Positions 25,180-35,116 are shown, counted from the stretch's first letter. The stretch: DNA of 46,493 bases from Candidatus Woesearchaeota archaeon (GCA_964424875.1 CAYRKK010000001.1:1-46493); one strand, 5' to 3'. Program-made: numbers and translations. The notes: generated by a model not told the origin, from the letters alone.

Positions 25180-25880
25180 AGATTATAAAAACAAAAGATT
25201 ATAAAGAGATGTCAAAAAAAGCATCTGAAATTATAATTCAAGAAATTAAAAAAAAACCAACTCTCACAATAGGTTTTGCTTCTGGAAAAACTCCTTTAGG
25301 TTTATATAAAAATCTTACAGATTCTTATAAAAAAAGTAAAACTGATTTTTCAAAAATTAAAGCTTTTAATTTAGATGAATATTATCCAATAAAAAGAAAC
25401 AATAAAAAAAGTTTCCACTACTATCTAAACAAAAATCTTTTTAATTATATTAATATTAAAAAAACAAATATTAATCTTTTAAATAGTGAAACAAAAAGTC
25501 CTGATAAAGAATGCAAAAATTACGAGAATAAAATAAAAAAAAATCCAATTGATATTCAGATTTTAGGAGTAGGAATTAATGGACATATTGCATTTAATGA
25601 ACCAGGCTCTAAACTAAATTCTAAAACAAGATTAATAAATTTATCAAAAGAAACAATAAAAATTAATAAATTAAAAAATTCAACTAAAGCATTAACAATG
25701 GGGATTAAAACAATAATGTCTGCAAAAAAAATAATTCTTTTAGCATCTGGAAAAAATAAAAGGGAGGCTGTTAAGCATTTGTTAAAAGGCAAAGAAAATA
25801 AGAATTGGCCTGTTACTTATTTAAAGAAACATAAAGATTTAATTGTTATTATAGATAAAGGTGCAGGTTGTTTTTTGTAA
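25176..25880 (+). CDS. nagB: Glucosamine-6-phosphate deaminase / 6-phosphogluconolactonase family
   Basis: FASGKTP, FNLDEYY and GVGINGHIAFNEPGS motifs. Overlaps the ROK gene stop by 4 nt. Confidence 0.8.
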   Translation: MKIIKTKDYKEMSKKASEIIIQEIKKKPTLTIGFASGKTPLGLYKNLTDSYKKSKTDFSKIKAFNLDEYYPIKRNNKKSFHYYLNKNLFNYINIKKTNINLLNSETKSPDKECKNYENKIKKNPIDIQILGVGINGHIAFNEPGSKLNSKTRLINLSKETIKINKLKNSTKALTMGIKTIMSAKKIILLASGKNKREAVKHLLKGKENKNWPVTYLKKHKDLIVIIDKGAGCFL

Positions 25881-25935
25881 ATCCATAATTTTATCTTTCC
25901 ATTAAATTTAAAACTGCTATTCTCCTTATTTATGA

Positions 25936-27030
25936 ATGGAAATAAAAAAAGAGGCATTTAAAAAAGCAAAAGAAGTTTTAAAAAGTTGTTCAACTCCTAA
26001 TGGGTTTTATGCATCAGGTGGAAAAAAAGGTTATGATGCAGTTTGGGCAAGAGATTCAATGATTACTTCTTTAGGAGCAAGTTTATTATCTGAATTTAAA
26101 AAACCATTTGAAAAAAGTATTATAACTCTTGCAAAAAATCAATCAAAAAAAGGACAGATTTCTAACTGTGTTGATAAATGGTCTGAAAGAAAACCCCATG
26201 TAGATTATCAATCAATTGATTCAACTTTATGGTATATAATTGGACATTTTATTTATAAAAAAAGATTCAACAACAAATTATTTAAAAAATATAAAAAATC
26301 AATTAAAAATGCAATTCAATGGTTAAGTTATCAAGATATAAGTGAAGATAATTTATTAGAGCAATTACCTACAACAGACTGGCAAGATGCATTTCCTCAT
26401 AAATACGGGCACACAATAAACACTCAAGCATTGTATTATAAAACATTAAATTTAATTGAAAAGAAAAAACAAGCAATAGAATTAAAAAAAGGAGTTAATA
26501 AAAATCAAGAGATTTGTTTATGGAATAAAAATTATTATTATGCTTATAGATGGAAAAACCATAACAAGTATAAGGAAATTGGAGATTGGTTTGATTCTTT
26601 AGGTAATTTACTTGCAATAATTTTTGATTTAGCTGATAAAAACCAATCTTTGAAAATTATTAATTATATAAAAACAAAAAAAATAAATCAACCTTACCCT
26701 GTAAAAGCAATTTACCCCTCAATAAAAAAATCAAGTAAATACTGGCAAGATTATTTTTTAGATTGTGATGCAAAAGAAGTAAATCATTATTTAAATGCAG
26801 GGATTTGGGGATATGTTGGTTGTTTTTATATTCTTGCCCTAATTAAATTAAAAAAATTCAAACAAGCTGAAAAAGAACTTAATAAACTTGCAGAATTAAA
26901 TCTAAAAGCAAATTTTCCAGAATGGACAAATCCAATAACAAAAGAATCTCATGGAAAAATGCAAGCATGGGAAGCAGGAATGTATATTTTGGCTTATGAA
27001 TCATTTAAAAATAAAAAAATCTTAATATAA
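25936..27030 (+). CDS. Six-hairpin (alpha/alpha)6 glycoside hydrolase, GDE_C / neutral-invertase-like
   Basis: GFYASGGKKGYDAVWARDS and DWQDAFP segments typical of amylo-alpha-1,6-glucosidase / GH100-like folds. Confidence 0.5.
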   Translation: MEIKKEAFKKAKEVLKSCSTPNGFYASGGKKGYDAVWARDSMITSLGASLLSEFKKPFEKSIITLAKNQSKKGQISNCVDKWSERKPHVDYQSIDSTLWYIIGHFIYKKRFNNKLFKKYKKSIKNAIQWLSYQDISEDNLLEQLPTTDWQDAFPHKYGHTINTQALYYKTLNLIEKKKQAIELKKGVNKNQEICLWNKNYYYAYRWKNHNKYKEIGDWFDSLGNLLAIIFDLADKNQSLKIINYIKTKKINQPYPVKAIYPSIKKSSKYWQDYFLDCDAKEVNHYLNAGIWGYVGCFYILALIKLKKFKQAEKELNKLAELNLKANFPEWTNPITKESHGKMQAWEAGMYILAYESFKNKKILI

Positions 27031-27040
27031 CAAGATAAAA

Positions 27041-27108
27041 AAGGAGGCAAACTTAGGAAAGGTGACTTGTTAGGAAAACCTAGGTTTTCATACGATTTGC
27101 ATACGAAT
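27041..27108 (+). promoter_or_regulatory. Conserved leader element, copy A (upstream of the GH130 gene)
   Basis: AAGGAGGCAAACTTAGGAAAGGTGAC, then hairpin GAAAAC-CTAG-GTTTTC (27074-27089), then ATACGATTTGCATACGAAT before the ATG. It is collinear with 45695-45778. Confidence 0.5.
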
Positions 27109-28329
27109 ATGGTAAAAGTAAAAAAAGAAAAAATTTTAATTAAACCAGGAGATATAGCTCCTTCATCTTCAAAATTAAAGGTTATGGGAGCTTTTAATCC
27201 AGGAGCAATAAGATTGCCTAATGGAGAGATAGTCCTCTATGCAAGGATACTTGAAAAATTAATTACAACAGAAGATGAAAATTATTTTTACTCTCCAAGA
27301 ATGATTGGAAAAAAATCTTTTAAATTAAAAATTGAAAGATTTAGAAAAGATACAATAAAACATGGTTCTGATCTTGATTTTATCTTTAAAGATGGAACAA
27401 AAAGACTTACTTTTATTTGTCATTTAAGAAAAGTTGTTTTAGATAAATCAGGTTTTAATATAAAATCTATTGAACAAAAACCAAGCTTTTATGGATTAGC
27501 ATGGGATGGAGAATTAGGAGTCGAGGATCCAAGAATAGTGCAAATAGGTAAATTATATGTCATGACTTATGTTAGTTTATCAAGAACAGAAAATATTTCT
27601 ACAAGCTATGCAATTTCTAATGATTGTAAGTATTGGTATAGGAGGGGATTAATTTTTGGAGAACAAAATAAAGATGTTGTTTTATTTCCTGAAATAATTA
27701 ATGAAAAATATGTTGCATTTGAAAGACCAGAAGGAAGTTTTCAATTTACACCTCCCCATATTTGGATTTCATATTCAAAAGACCTTGAATTTTGGGGTGA
27801 TAAAAAACCCTTCACACTTTCCAAAAAAGGTGATTGGGATTCAGGAAGAGTAGGAGCAGGACCTCCTCCAATTAAAACAGAAAAAGGATGGTTGTTTATT
27901 TATCACGGAATATTAAATTATAAAAATAAAATAAAAATAAATGAGATAATTAAAAGAATGGAAATTTCAGATTCAATCTCAGGAACAATCAAACCAACAG
28001 ATGTTATATACTGTGTAGGAGCAGTTCTTTTAGATTTAAAAAACCCTAGAAAAGTTATTGCTAAAACAAAAATTCCAATACTTTTTCCAATGAAAAAGCA
28101 TGAAATAGGAACTTTTGAAGATAAAAGAGTAGTCTTTCCAACAGGATTAGTTTTAGATGAAAGTAAAAAATATATTTTATTATATTCAGGTGCAGGAGAT
28201 TTCATAACAACAATAAAGAAAATAAGTTTAGATAAAATTTTCAAGAAGTTGGGAGTTTGGGATTTTTCTCAACATATTTTTTCAACTCCCTCAAATCAAC
28301 ATCATAAGCCCTTACAAAACTATCATTAA
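27109..28329 (+). CDS. GH130-family beta-mannoside phosphorylase/hydrolase
   Basis: GAFNPGAIRLPNGEIVLYARI and GVEDPRIV motifs of the 5-bladed propeller GH130 fold. ATG at 27109 is preferred over the TTG at 27067. The 3' tail overlaps the convergent gene by 89 nt. Confidence 0.75.
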   Translation: MVKVKKEKILIKPGDIAPSSSKLKVMGAFNPGAIRLPNGEIVLYARILEKLITTEDENYFYSPRMIGKKSFKLKIERFRKDTIKHGSDLDFIFKDGTKRLTFICHLRKVVLDKSGFNIKSIEQKPSFYGLAWDGELGVEDPRIVQIGKLYVMTYVSLSRTENISTSYAISNDCKYWYRRGLIFGEQNKDVVLFPEIINEKYVAFERPEGSFQFTPPHIWISYSKDLEFWGDKKPFTLSKKGDWDSGRVGAGPPPIKTEKGWLFIYHGILNYKNKIKINEIIKRMEISDSISGTIKPTDVIYCVGAVLLDLKNPRKVIAKTKIPILFPMKKHEIGTFEDKRVVFPTGLVLDESKKYILLYSGAGDFITTIKKISLDKIFKKLGVWDFSQHIFSTPSNQHHKPLQNYH

Positions 28330-29266
28330 CATGACAATATAATAATCCTTTATCCTTACTTCTTTTAATAAAATCACTTGCAAATGTTATTGTTGTTGCA
28401 TCAGGGTCTTCAAATAAAGGTTCTGAAGATATCCAAGGAATCTCTCCTGTTTTAGGATTAAAAAGAATTAGGCCTGGATGGAATTTTCCATAACTTACTT
28501 TATTTCCTATTTTCTTAGAAGGAGCTCTTCCATTAATTATTCCTACAAAAAGTCCTTTAATTTGAATAGGTAAAAAACAACAAGGAGATAAATGTCCCAT
28601 AACCCAATCATATTTTAATTTTTTAGGATCTAAAATTATTTTTTCAAAATTCCAATTATCCTTAAGATTTTTAGATTTTATTAAAGAAATCACTGACACC
28701 CCTTCAGTTTTATTTTGATTTTTAATAATTCCCATTTCACTTAAATGAAAATTTCCAGGTGAAATAGCAATCTCCTTAAATCCACAAATATCTTTGTTAA
28801 TTGGACCTAACAAAGGGGCTGTTGCTTCCAAATTATCTAGTCTCTTTCCTTTAGCATGCCCTAAAAAAATTGCATACTTTTTTTTATCTTTTAATTTAAA
28901 AGGAATTGTAAAATACAAATGCTTAATTCCTTTTTCATTATAAATATCAGGATCTTCTAGTCCAATAAAAAATCTATCTTTTTTCTCTAAGTTTTTAATA
29001 ACTTCATCAATACCTTTAATCTTTAAATCACAAACTTTTTTCCAATTTAGTAAATCTTTACTTTCAACAATTATCAATTTACTTTTATCTAAATATCCAG
29101 AAACATCTACATTGCCTTTTCTCTTTACAATCACTCTTGCCACTCCTGAATAAGGATTTTTTGATTTTTTATCAACAGCAAGAGCCATAACAGGATTTTT
29201 TCCAGAAACATTTCCCAAAGCAGGCTTAACATACATACTAACAATAGAATTCAACTTCTTTTTCAT
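28241..29266 (-). CDS. Second GH130/DUF377-like beta-propeller glycosidase (divergent)
   Basis: GLEDPDIY resembles the G-x-EDPR motif. Size and context also support the call. Confidence 0.4.
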   Translation of the reverse strand: MKKKLNSIVSMYVKPALGNVSGKNPVMALAVDKKSKNPYSGVARVIVKRKGNVDVSGYLDKSKLIIVESKDLLNWKKVCDLKIKGIDEVIKNLEKKDRFFIGLEDPDIYNEKGIKHLYFTIPFKLKDKKKYAIFLGHAKGKRLDNLEATAPLLGPINKDICGFKEIAISPGNFHLSEMGIIKNQNKTEGVSVISLIKSKNLKDNWNFEKIILDPKKLKYDWVMGHLSPCCFLPIQIKGLFVGIINGRAPSKKIGNKVSYGKFHPGLILFNPKTGEIPWISSEPLFEDPDATTITFASDFIKRSKDKGLLYCHVNDSFVRAYDVDLRELKKYVEKNPKLPTS

Positions 29267-29296
29267 AAAAACAAAAAAACTTCTAATTATTTAAAC

Positions 29297-30436
29297 TTAC
29301 TCCAAACCCAACTTCTCCTTAGTTATATCTAACATTCTCTTAGAAGTAATTCTATAATCAAGATTTTCAACAACATGTTTTCTTCCTTCTTCACCCATCT
29401 TCCTGCACAATTCAGGATCACTTAACAATCTCAGAGTATATTCTTTCAAGTCATTAATATCTGCTCTATATCCGAAGGTTTTAGGTTTATCAAATTTAAT
29501 TATTTGTTTTGTAGCAAACCCCATGCTAGGATGTGCCCATTCTTCATCTAATAAAACTTCTTCAGCAACTCCTGCTAAAAATCCTGTTTTATTATGAATT
29601 ATTGTTTCAGAAGGGCCCATTTTATTTATTGAAATAACTGGTTTTCCACAGGCCATTGCTTCTACCTGAATCATTCCAAAACCTTCTATTCTCGAAGGTG
29701 CAGCATAGATATCACATGCATTTAAAACATTTACCATAAATTCTTGTGAAAAAGCATCATCAAGAAAAACAACTTTATCTTGCAATCCTAATTCTTCAAC
29801 CAATCTTTCTTCTTTATCTCTCCAATCATTTGCACACTCGCTTGGCCATGATTTGCAAACATATCTCCAATCTTTAAAATCTTTATTTAATTCAGCAAGT
29901 GCTTTAATCATTTCCTGTGCACCTTTTGAAGTAACATCTCCTCCCATTGTTAAAATCATTTTTTCATTATCTTTAACACCAAGCATTCTTCTTACAGCAA
30001 GATTAGTTTCTGTTTCATTTATTGGCTTAAAAAAATTAGTATCAATTCCTATATGTGCTGGAATTATTTTGCTTACATCTACACCATCCCTTTCATAAAT
30101 ACTTCTAACCCATTTACTTGTTGTAAACATTAAATCAAGTTTATTAAATTCTTCTTGATAATTAGCAACCCATCCATCTGCATTAAACCATGGGACAGGT
30201 TTAATTCCAAACTTAAGGGGCTCTTGTATTATTTCAGGAACATTTCCCCAAAAACCAACACCAAAACAAACATCAGGTTTTAAATGTCTTAAATAAAATT
30301 CTTTTTGTATATTCCCTATAGGATTGCATGGAATAGCATTAATATTATTTTTTAACAAACCTCTATAGAGCAAATCTCCTTGCAAGCTTTGTCCATCAGA
30401 TTCTACAGGATAAGGATATAAAACTAAACATTTCAT
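29297..30436 (-). CDS. GT4-family glycosyltransferase
   Basis: PSRIEGFGMIQVEAMACGKPVIS (the E-x7-E region of Glycos_transf_1). Confidence 0.8.
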   Translation of the reverse strand: MKCLVLYPYPVESDGQSLQGDLLYRGLLKNNINAIPCNPIGNIQKEFYLRHLKPDVCFGVGFWGNVPEIIQEPLKFGIKPVPWFNADGWVANYQEEFNKLDLMFTTSKWVRSIYERDGVDVSKIIPAHIGIDTNFFKPINETETNLAVRRMLGVKDNEKMILTMGGDVTSKGAQEMIKALAELNKDFKDWRYVCKSWPSECANDWRDKEERLVEELGLQDKVVFLDDAFSQEFMVNVLNACDIYAAPSRIEGFGMIQVEAMACGKPVISINKMGPSETIIHNKTGFLAGVAEEVLLDEEWAHPSMGFATKQIIKFDKPKTFGYRADINDLKEYTLRLLSDPELCRKMGEEGRKHVVENLDYRITSKRMLDITKEKLGLE

Positions 30437-30444
30437 TTTAAATA

Positions 30445-31035
30445 TTATTCAACTTCTGTATCAAAAGTTTCAATTTTTCCACAGCTTTTTTCTTCAAATC
30501 CTCCTTTCTCAAATCCATAAATTTCTATTATCATTTGCTTTTTCTTTAAAAATTCAATCTCATTTAGATTTATAAGCTTATTTGCATTTGAGTTATATAT
30601 ACAATATCCTTGATAATTATTATTTTTTGGAATATAAGAAAAGAAAAATAATTTCCTGCATTTAATCTCTTTATTTTTAATCATTTTTCTAACTGCTTTA
30701 TGAATTTCTTTATGTTTTATATGTCCATACTCTCCATTTCTACCATGTGTAAAAATATAATCATATTCTTTATCTGCAAATTTTAAAATCCTATTAACAA
30801 TTTCTGATATTTCAACAGAATTTAAGTCTTCATCTTCTAAATTAGAAATAAAACTTTTTGCATTCAACAATTCGCAAGCTTTTCTAAACTTAGGAGCTCT
30901 ATCATTATCCTTTTTTCTACATAAACTAATTATTGTAATATCCCATTTATTTTTATTTCTTAACAAAGTTCCACCCATCCAGATTGTTTCATCATCAGGA
31001 TGAGCAACTATAACCAACACTTTTCTTTTTTCCAT
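30445..31035 (-). CDS. PIG-L/LmbE-family N-acetylglucosaminyl deacetylase
   Basis: VLVIVAHPDDETIWMGG motif plus downstream His residues. Confidence 0.8.
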   Translation of the reverse strand: MEKRKVLVIVAHPDDETIWMGGTLLRNKNKWDITIISLCRKKDNDRAPKFRKACELLNAKSFISNLEDEDLNSVEISEIVNRILKFADKEYDYIFTHGRNGEYGHIKHKEIHKAVRKMIKNKEIKCRKLFFFSYIPKNNNYQGYCIYNSNANKLINLNEIEFLKKKQMIIEIYGFEKGGFEEKSCGKIETFDTEVE

Positions 31036-31102
31036 AAAAACACAAGGTTTTTAATTAAATAAATCTTTAGTAATTAATAAAAGAGGTAAAATAATAAAAA
31101 GA

Positions 31103-31948
31103 ATGATAATTAAAAAAGTAAGAGCTCCTGTAAGAATTGATTTTGCAGGAGGAACAACAGATATAGAACCTTTTACAATTAAATATGGAGGAGCTGTTTT
31201 AAATGCATCAATTAACAAATATATTTTTGGAGAGCTTACAGCTACAAATAAAAATGTTAGTTTAAAATATTCTGGAAATATTCCTACATCAAGTGGTTTA
31301 GGAACTTCAAGTTCAATGAGTGTTGTCTGGGTAGCATTAATCACTAATTTAAAGAACAAACAAAAAATTGCAGAAGCTGTTTTCAAAATTGAACAATCTA
31401 TTAAAGAATCATCATCTAATGGAAAACAAGACCAATATGCAGCTGCTTTTGGAGGAATAAATTTCATGGAATTTAAAAAAAATAATGTCATTGTAAAACC
31501 CTTAAAATTAAAAAAAGAATTAATAAAAGAGTTAGAACAAAAACTTGTTTTAGTTTATTCAGGAGCTTCTCATTATTCTGGTTCTTCAAACAAAGCAGCT
31601 ATTGATAATCTTTTAAAAGGAAAAAACATAAAGAATCTTTTAAAAATAAAAAAAATTGCTATTGAAATGAAAAATGCTTTATTAAAAAAAGATTTAAATA
31701 AATTTGCTAAATTAATGAATAAAGAAACAGAAGAAAGAGAAAAACTTTCCAATCTCACAGTTTCTCCTCAATTGAAATCAATAATCTCTAACGGACTTAA
31801 AGCTAATGCAATTTCTGCTAAAGTGTGTGGAAGTGGAGGAGGTGGCAGTGTTTTGTTTTATACAGATAATAGGGAGAAACTTATTAAAAGATTTAAGAAT
31901 AAAGTTATTGATTTTAAATTTGATTTTCAAGGATTGAAGTGGGTGTAG
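31103..31948 (+). CDS. GHMP-family sugar kinase (HddA/fucokinase-like)
   Basis: RAPVRIDFAGGTTDIEPF and PTSSGLGTSSSMSV (GHMP motif II). Confidence 0.75.
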   Translation: MIIKKVRAPVRIDFAGGTTDIEPFTIKYGGAVLNASINKYIFGELTATNKNVSLKYSGNIPTSSGLGTSSSMSVVWVALITNLKNKQKIAEAVFKIEQSIKESSSNGKQDQYAAAFGGINFMEFKKNNVIVKPLKLKKELIKELEQKLVLVYSGASHYSGSSNKAAIDNLLKGKNIKNLLKIKKIAIEMKNALLKKDLNKFAKLMNKETEEREKLSNLTVSPQLKSIISNGLKANAISAKVCGSGGGGSVLFYTDNREKLIKRFKNKVIDFKFDFQGLKWV

Positions 31949-31994
31949 TTTATATTTTTTTAAAGATAATATTTCCAATTAACAATTTTTATTT

Positions 31995-34211
31995 CTAACC
32001 TCTCATCCTCTTTACTTCTTCTAAAAAAATTCTTGAAATTAAATAAGAAACAGTTGATTCTGCTCCTTGATTAAAATTAAGAGAGTGTTTTCCTAAACCA
32101 TCAAAACAACCTCCTGTTGCTTCATCATAGATCATTTGATTTAAATGATTATATCCTAAAAACCAATTAAAAGAAATAACAGCCTTCTCATAATAATCTG
32201 AATTCCCAGTAACTCTATAGGCTATTAAAAAAGCCTGCACCATCGAAGAAGCATCAATTGGCTGTTGGTCAAAAAAAGCTCTCTCATTATCTCGATTATA
32301 CCATCCTTTTTCTCCAATAGGATTTAATTTTTCATTAATTATACACAAATCTGAAAGAAATTTTAAACTATCTTTTCCTATTTTCAAATACCTCATATCT
32401 CCGGTGATTTCATATGCTGAGAATAATGCTTCTGGAAGTTTTGCATTTGCATAAGTTAAATAAGGTTCAAACCATTTCCAATTTTTAGACGATTCATTAT
32501 TATAAAGATTAACTAAATCATTAGCAACTTCTTTTATTTTTACAAATAAAGTTTTATTTTTAAATTCTTTATAATAATGAGCAAGACCTATTAAAGCAAA
32601 AGCTTTTGCTCTTGGAGATTTTAAATCAGATACTTTTTCAAAAGAACATTCGATTAAACTTTTTGCTTTTTCAATTATTTTCCAATTTTTTGATTTATTC
32701 ACTGCAAAACCTAATGCCCATATCATTCTCCCAAAAGAATCCTCACTATAAGGGTTTGTTTTTTCTTCATTGTTTTTATGCTGATTTTTAAAATTCCCAT
32801 TTCCATCTCCAGCATTTTCAATAAAATCAAGATAAATATGGGAAAGCTCAAAAGATTCTTTAGATTTAAAAATCTGATTATGTAATGATGAAAAAATAAG
32901 TGCTCTTGAATTATCATCTAAAGTATAACCGGAATTTCTTGAAGGAGAAGTATGACTTGCAAATTGGATTATTCCAAAATCATCTGTTAATTTTTTAATA
33001 TGCTCTAATTTAATCTCAGGAAACTTTTCAGTTGTTTCTTTTCTTAGTTTCACAACTTTATTAAATATTTTTAAATAACTTAAAGCAACATTAGACCAAG
33101 TCATTTGTCTGCTGAAAAAATAAGCATTTTCTTCAATATTTTTTTTAATAACAGGATTAGAAAGTATTTTTTCTATAGCATTAGTAAATGATTCTGGATT
33201 TTTTAATTTTACAATAATCCCTCTTTCATCTGAAAGAATTTCTTCAGCATAAATAATTGGAGTTGAAATAATAACTTTCCCACAACTAAGAGCATAAGCC
33301 AAGGTTCCACTTGATATTTGTGCTTTTTCAAGATTTGTAAACAAGTAAATATCAGTAGCTAATAAATAGTCTAAGATATCTTTTAATTCAAGATATTTAT
33401 TTACAAACCTTACATTGTTTTCTAATTTTAAATTTTTAATAAGTTCTTCAAGCTCCTCCCTATACTTCACCCCATCTTCTAGACTTGCTCCAGGATGAGT
33501 TCCCCCAATTATAAGATAAAGAAGATTGGGATGTTTTTTTATTAAGGGAGTTATTGATTTAATTGCATATTCTATACCTTTTCCTCTGCTCAACATACCA
33601 AAAGTAGATAAAACTATTTTATTTTTCAAATTTAATTTTTCTTTATATTTTTTTGTATCTTGAAAAGCAACATTTGGTACACCATGGTGAATCATATGTA
33701 TTTTTTCCCTTTCTATTTTATAATCTTTAACAAGTATATCTATTGCAGAGTTAGCAATAACAACAATGGCAGAAACTCTTGAAGCTATTGCTCTAACAAT
33801 TTTTTTTCTATATTCATCAGGATTTGAAAGAACAGTATGGAAAGTTATAACTGCTGGTTTTTCAAGACATTCTAAAAAAGGAATTAAATAACCCCCATAA
33901 TCTCCTCCAAAAATTCCAAACTCATGTTGAATTGATACAATCTTTATTTCATCATTATTATTTAGTTTTTTTGCCATCTCAATATAATCTTCAATATTTT
34001 CTTTATTCATTTCAAAAATAACTTTTTTTGGGTACTCTTGATGTTCATTAGGAGAATTTAAAGCAACTACATTTGATTTTAATTTTGGATTGAATCTTTT
34101 ATCCATTGCATTAGAAAGGTCCCTTGTAAAAGTAGCAATCCCACATTCTTTAGGAGGATAGTTACTTAAAAAACATGTTTTTAACGACGTGATATCTGAT
34201 ATGATTTCCAT
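31995..34211 (-). CDS. GT4 glycosyltransferase fused to a C-terminal (alpha/alpha)6-barrel-like domain
   Basis: The N-terminal ~390 aa are GT4-like (STFGMLSRGKGIEY). The C-terminal ~340 aa have helical-repeat glycosidase-like features. Confidence 0.7.
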   Translation of the reverse strand: MEIISDITSLKTCFLSNYPPKECGIATFTRDLSNAMDKRFNPKLKSNVVALNSPNEHQEYPKKVIFEMNKENIEDYIEMAKKLNNNDEIKIVSIQHEFGIFGGDYGGYLIPFLECLEKPAVITFHTVLSNPDEYRKKIVRAIASRVSAIVVIANSAIDILVKDYKIEREKIHMIHHGVPNVAFQDTKKYKEKLNLKNKIVLSTFGMLSRGKGIEYAIKSITPLIKKHPNLLYLIIGGTHPGASLEDGVKYREELEELIKNLKLENNVRFVNKYLELKDILDYLLATDIYLFTNLEKAQISSGTLAYALSCGKVIISTPIIYAEEILSDERGIIVKLKNPESFTNAIEKILSNPVIKKNIEENAYFFSRQMTWSNVALSYLKIFNKVVKLRKETTEKFPEIKLEHIKKLTDDFGIIQFASHTSPSRNSGYTLDDNSRALIFSSLHNQIFKSKESFELSHIYLDFIENAGDGNGNFKNQHKNNEEKTNPYSEDSFGRMIWALGFAVNKSKNWKIIEKAKSLIECSFEKVSDLKSPRAKAFALIGLAHYYKEFKNKTLFVKIKEVANDLVNLYNNESSKNWKWFEPYLTYANAKLPEALFSAYEITGDMRYLKIGKDSLKFLSDLCIINEKLNPIGEKGWYNRDNERAFFDQQPIDASSMVQAFLIAYRVTGNSDYYEKAVISFNWFLGYNHLNQMIYDEATGGCFDGLGKHSLNFNQGAESTVSYLISRIFLEEVKRMRG

Positions 34212-34398
34212 TATTTTTCCTCTTTTAAAAATTAAGGAAATACGTTTTTATAAATATTTGTATAAATTATATTTTTTATATAATCCAGATTTTATGCTTA
34301 TAGAATTCAAAATTAACAAAATTTTTTAATTATCCAAACATTTAAATATATTATATCAATAGTAAATATATATTGTAAACAATAAAAAGGAGGTAAAG

Positions 34399-34557
34399 AT
34401 GAAGCAACCAAAAACAAAAAAGCAGTGTGATATAAGAATTAAGTCTCTTAAAAAACAGCTTAAAAATACTGAAGTGTTAAAAAAGAAACTTAATACAAAA
34501 AAACCTACAAAGAAAAAACCAGCAAAAAAGAAAGCTGCTAAAAAACGAAAAAGATAA
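34399..34557 (+). CDS. Small, highly basic Lys-rich protein (52 aa)
   Basis: Strong SD AAGGAGGT 5 nt upstream of the ATG. Sequence MKQPKTKKQCDIRIKSLKKQLK...KKAAKKRKR. Confidence 0.4.
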   Translation: MKQPKTKKQCDIRIKSLKKQLKNTEVLKKKLNTKKPTKKKPAKKKAAKKRKR

Positions 34558-34569
34558 TTTTTTTATTTT

Positions 34570-35046
34570 TTATTTTTTTAAATTAAATTTTTCCCCTCTT
34601 TCTAATTTTTCTAATTCTTCAAGATATTCCTTCACCCTATTAATTATTTGAGGAATAATAAACTTTTCAATATTATTTTCAAAAATTTCTTTTAAACATA
34701 ATTGCTCTATTAAATAATAGTCATTACTATTCTTTTCAATAATCATAGCATCTCTAAGTCTCTTCAATTGTCGTCTAATATTTGATTCAGCTAACCCTCT
34801 ATTATCGAGACTATATTTTTTTCTAACCTCTTCAGCCCTTTTTCTAATCTCCTCACTACTTAGTTTTCTTTTATTCTTATTTGCCCCTATTAAAACCATT
34901 AAAATATCAACAATAACATCTCGTGAATCTCCAAGCTGGAGTAATCCTAAAGATAAACATATTTTTCTAATTAATTCTCTTTTTTCTAAACCAAATGGTT
35001 TTTCATATTTTCTTAAAGTTATTTCAGATAATGGAATGTCTTTCAT
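34570..35046 (-). CDS. Putative winged-helix transcriptional regulator (conserved archaeal hypothetical)
   Basis: Helical N-terminal region with a wHTH-like pattern (RELIRKICLSLGLLQLGDSRDVIVDIL). Confidence 0.4.
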   Translation of the reverse strand: MKDIPLSEITLRKYEKPFGLEKRELIRKICLSLGLLQLGDSRDVIVDILMVLIGANKNKRKLSSEEIRKRAEEVRKKYSLDNRGLAESNIRRQLKRLRDAMIIEKNSNDYYLIEQLCLKEIFENNIEKFIIPQIINRVKEYLEELEKLERGEKFNLKK

Positions 35047-35116
35047 AATCTCTACCTCTTTATAATATAATTAATACCACATATAACCTTATAAATATAT
35101 TTCCTTTTTTTACAAT

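Noticed and set aside
27067-27108. N-terminal extension of GH130 from the TTG at 27067 (MLGKPRFSYDLHTN)
   Set aside because: This stretch is the conserved leader element shared with rpl11, where the equivalent frame is closed. Conservation is at the nucleotide and structure level, with a frame-shifting indel between the copies.
31051-31491. 146-aa minus-strand ORF overlapping the GHMP kinase gene
   Set aside because: The plus strand encodes unambiguous GHMP motifs (PTSSGLGTSSSMSV). The minus-strand product has no motifs and looks like a shadow ORF.
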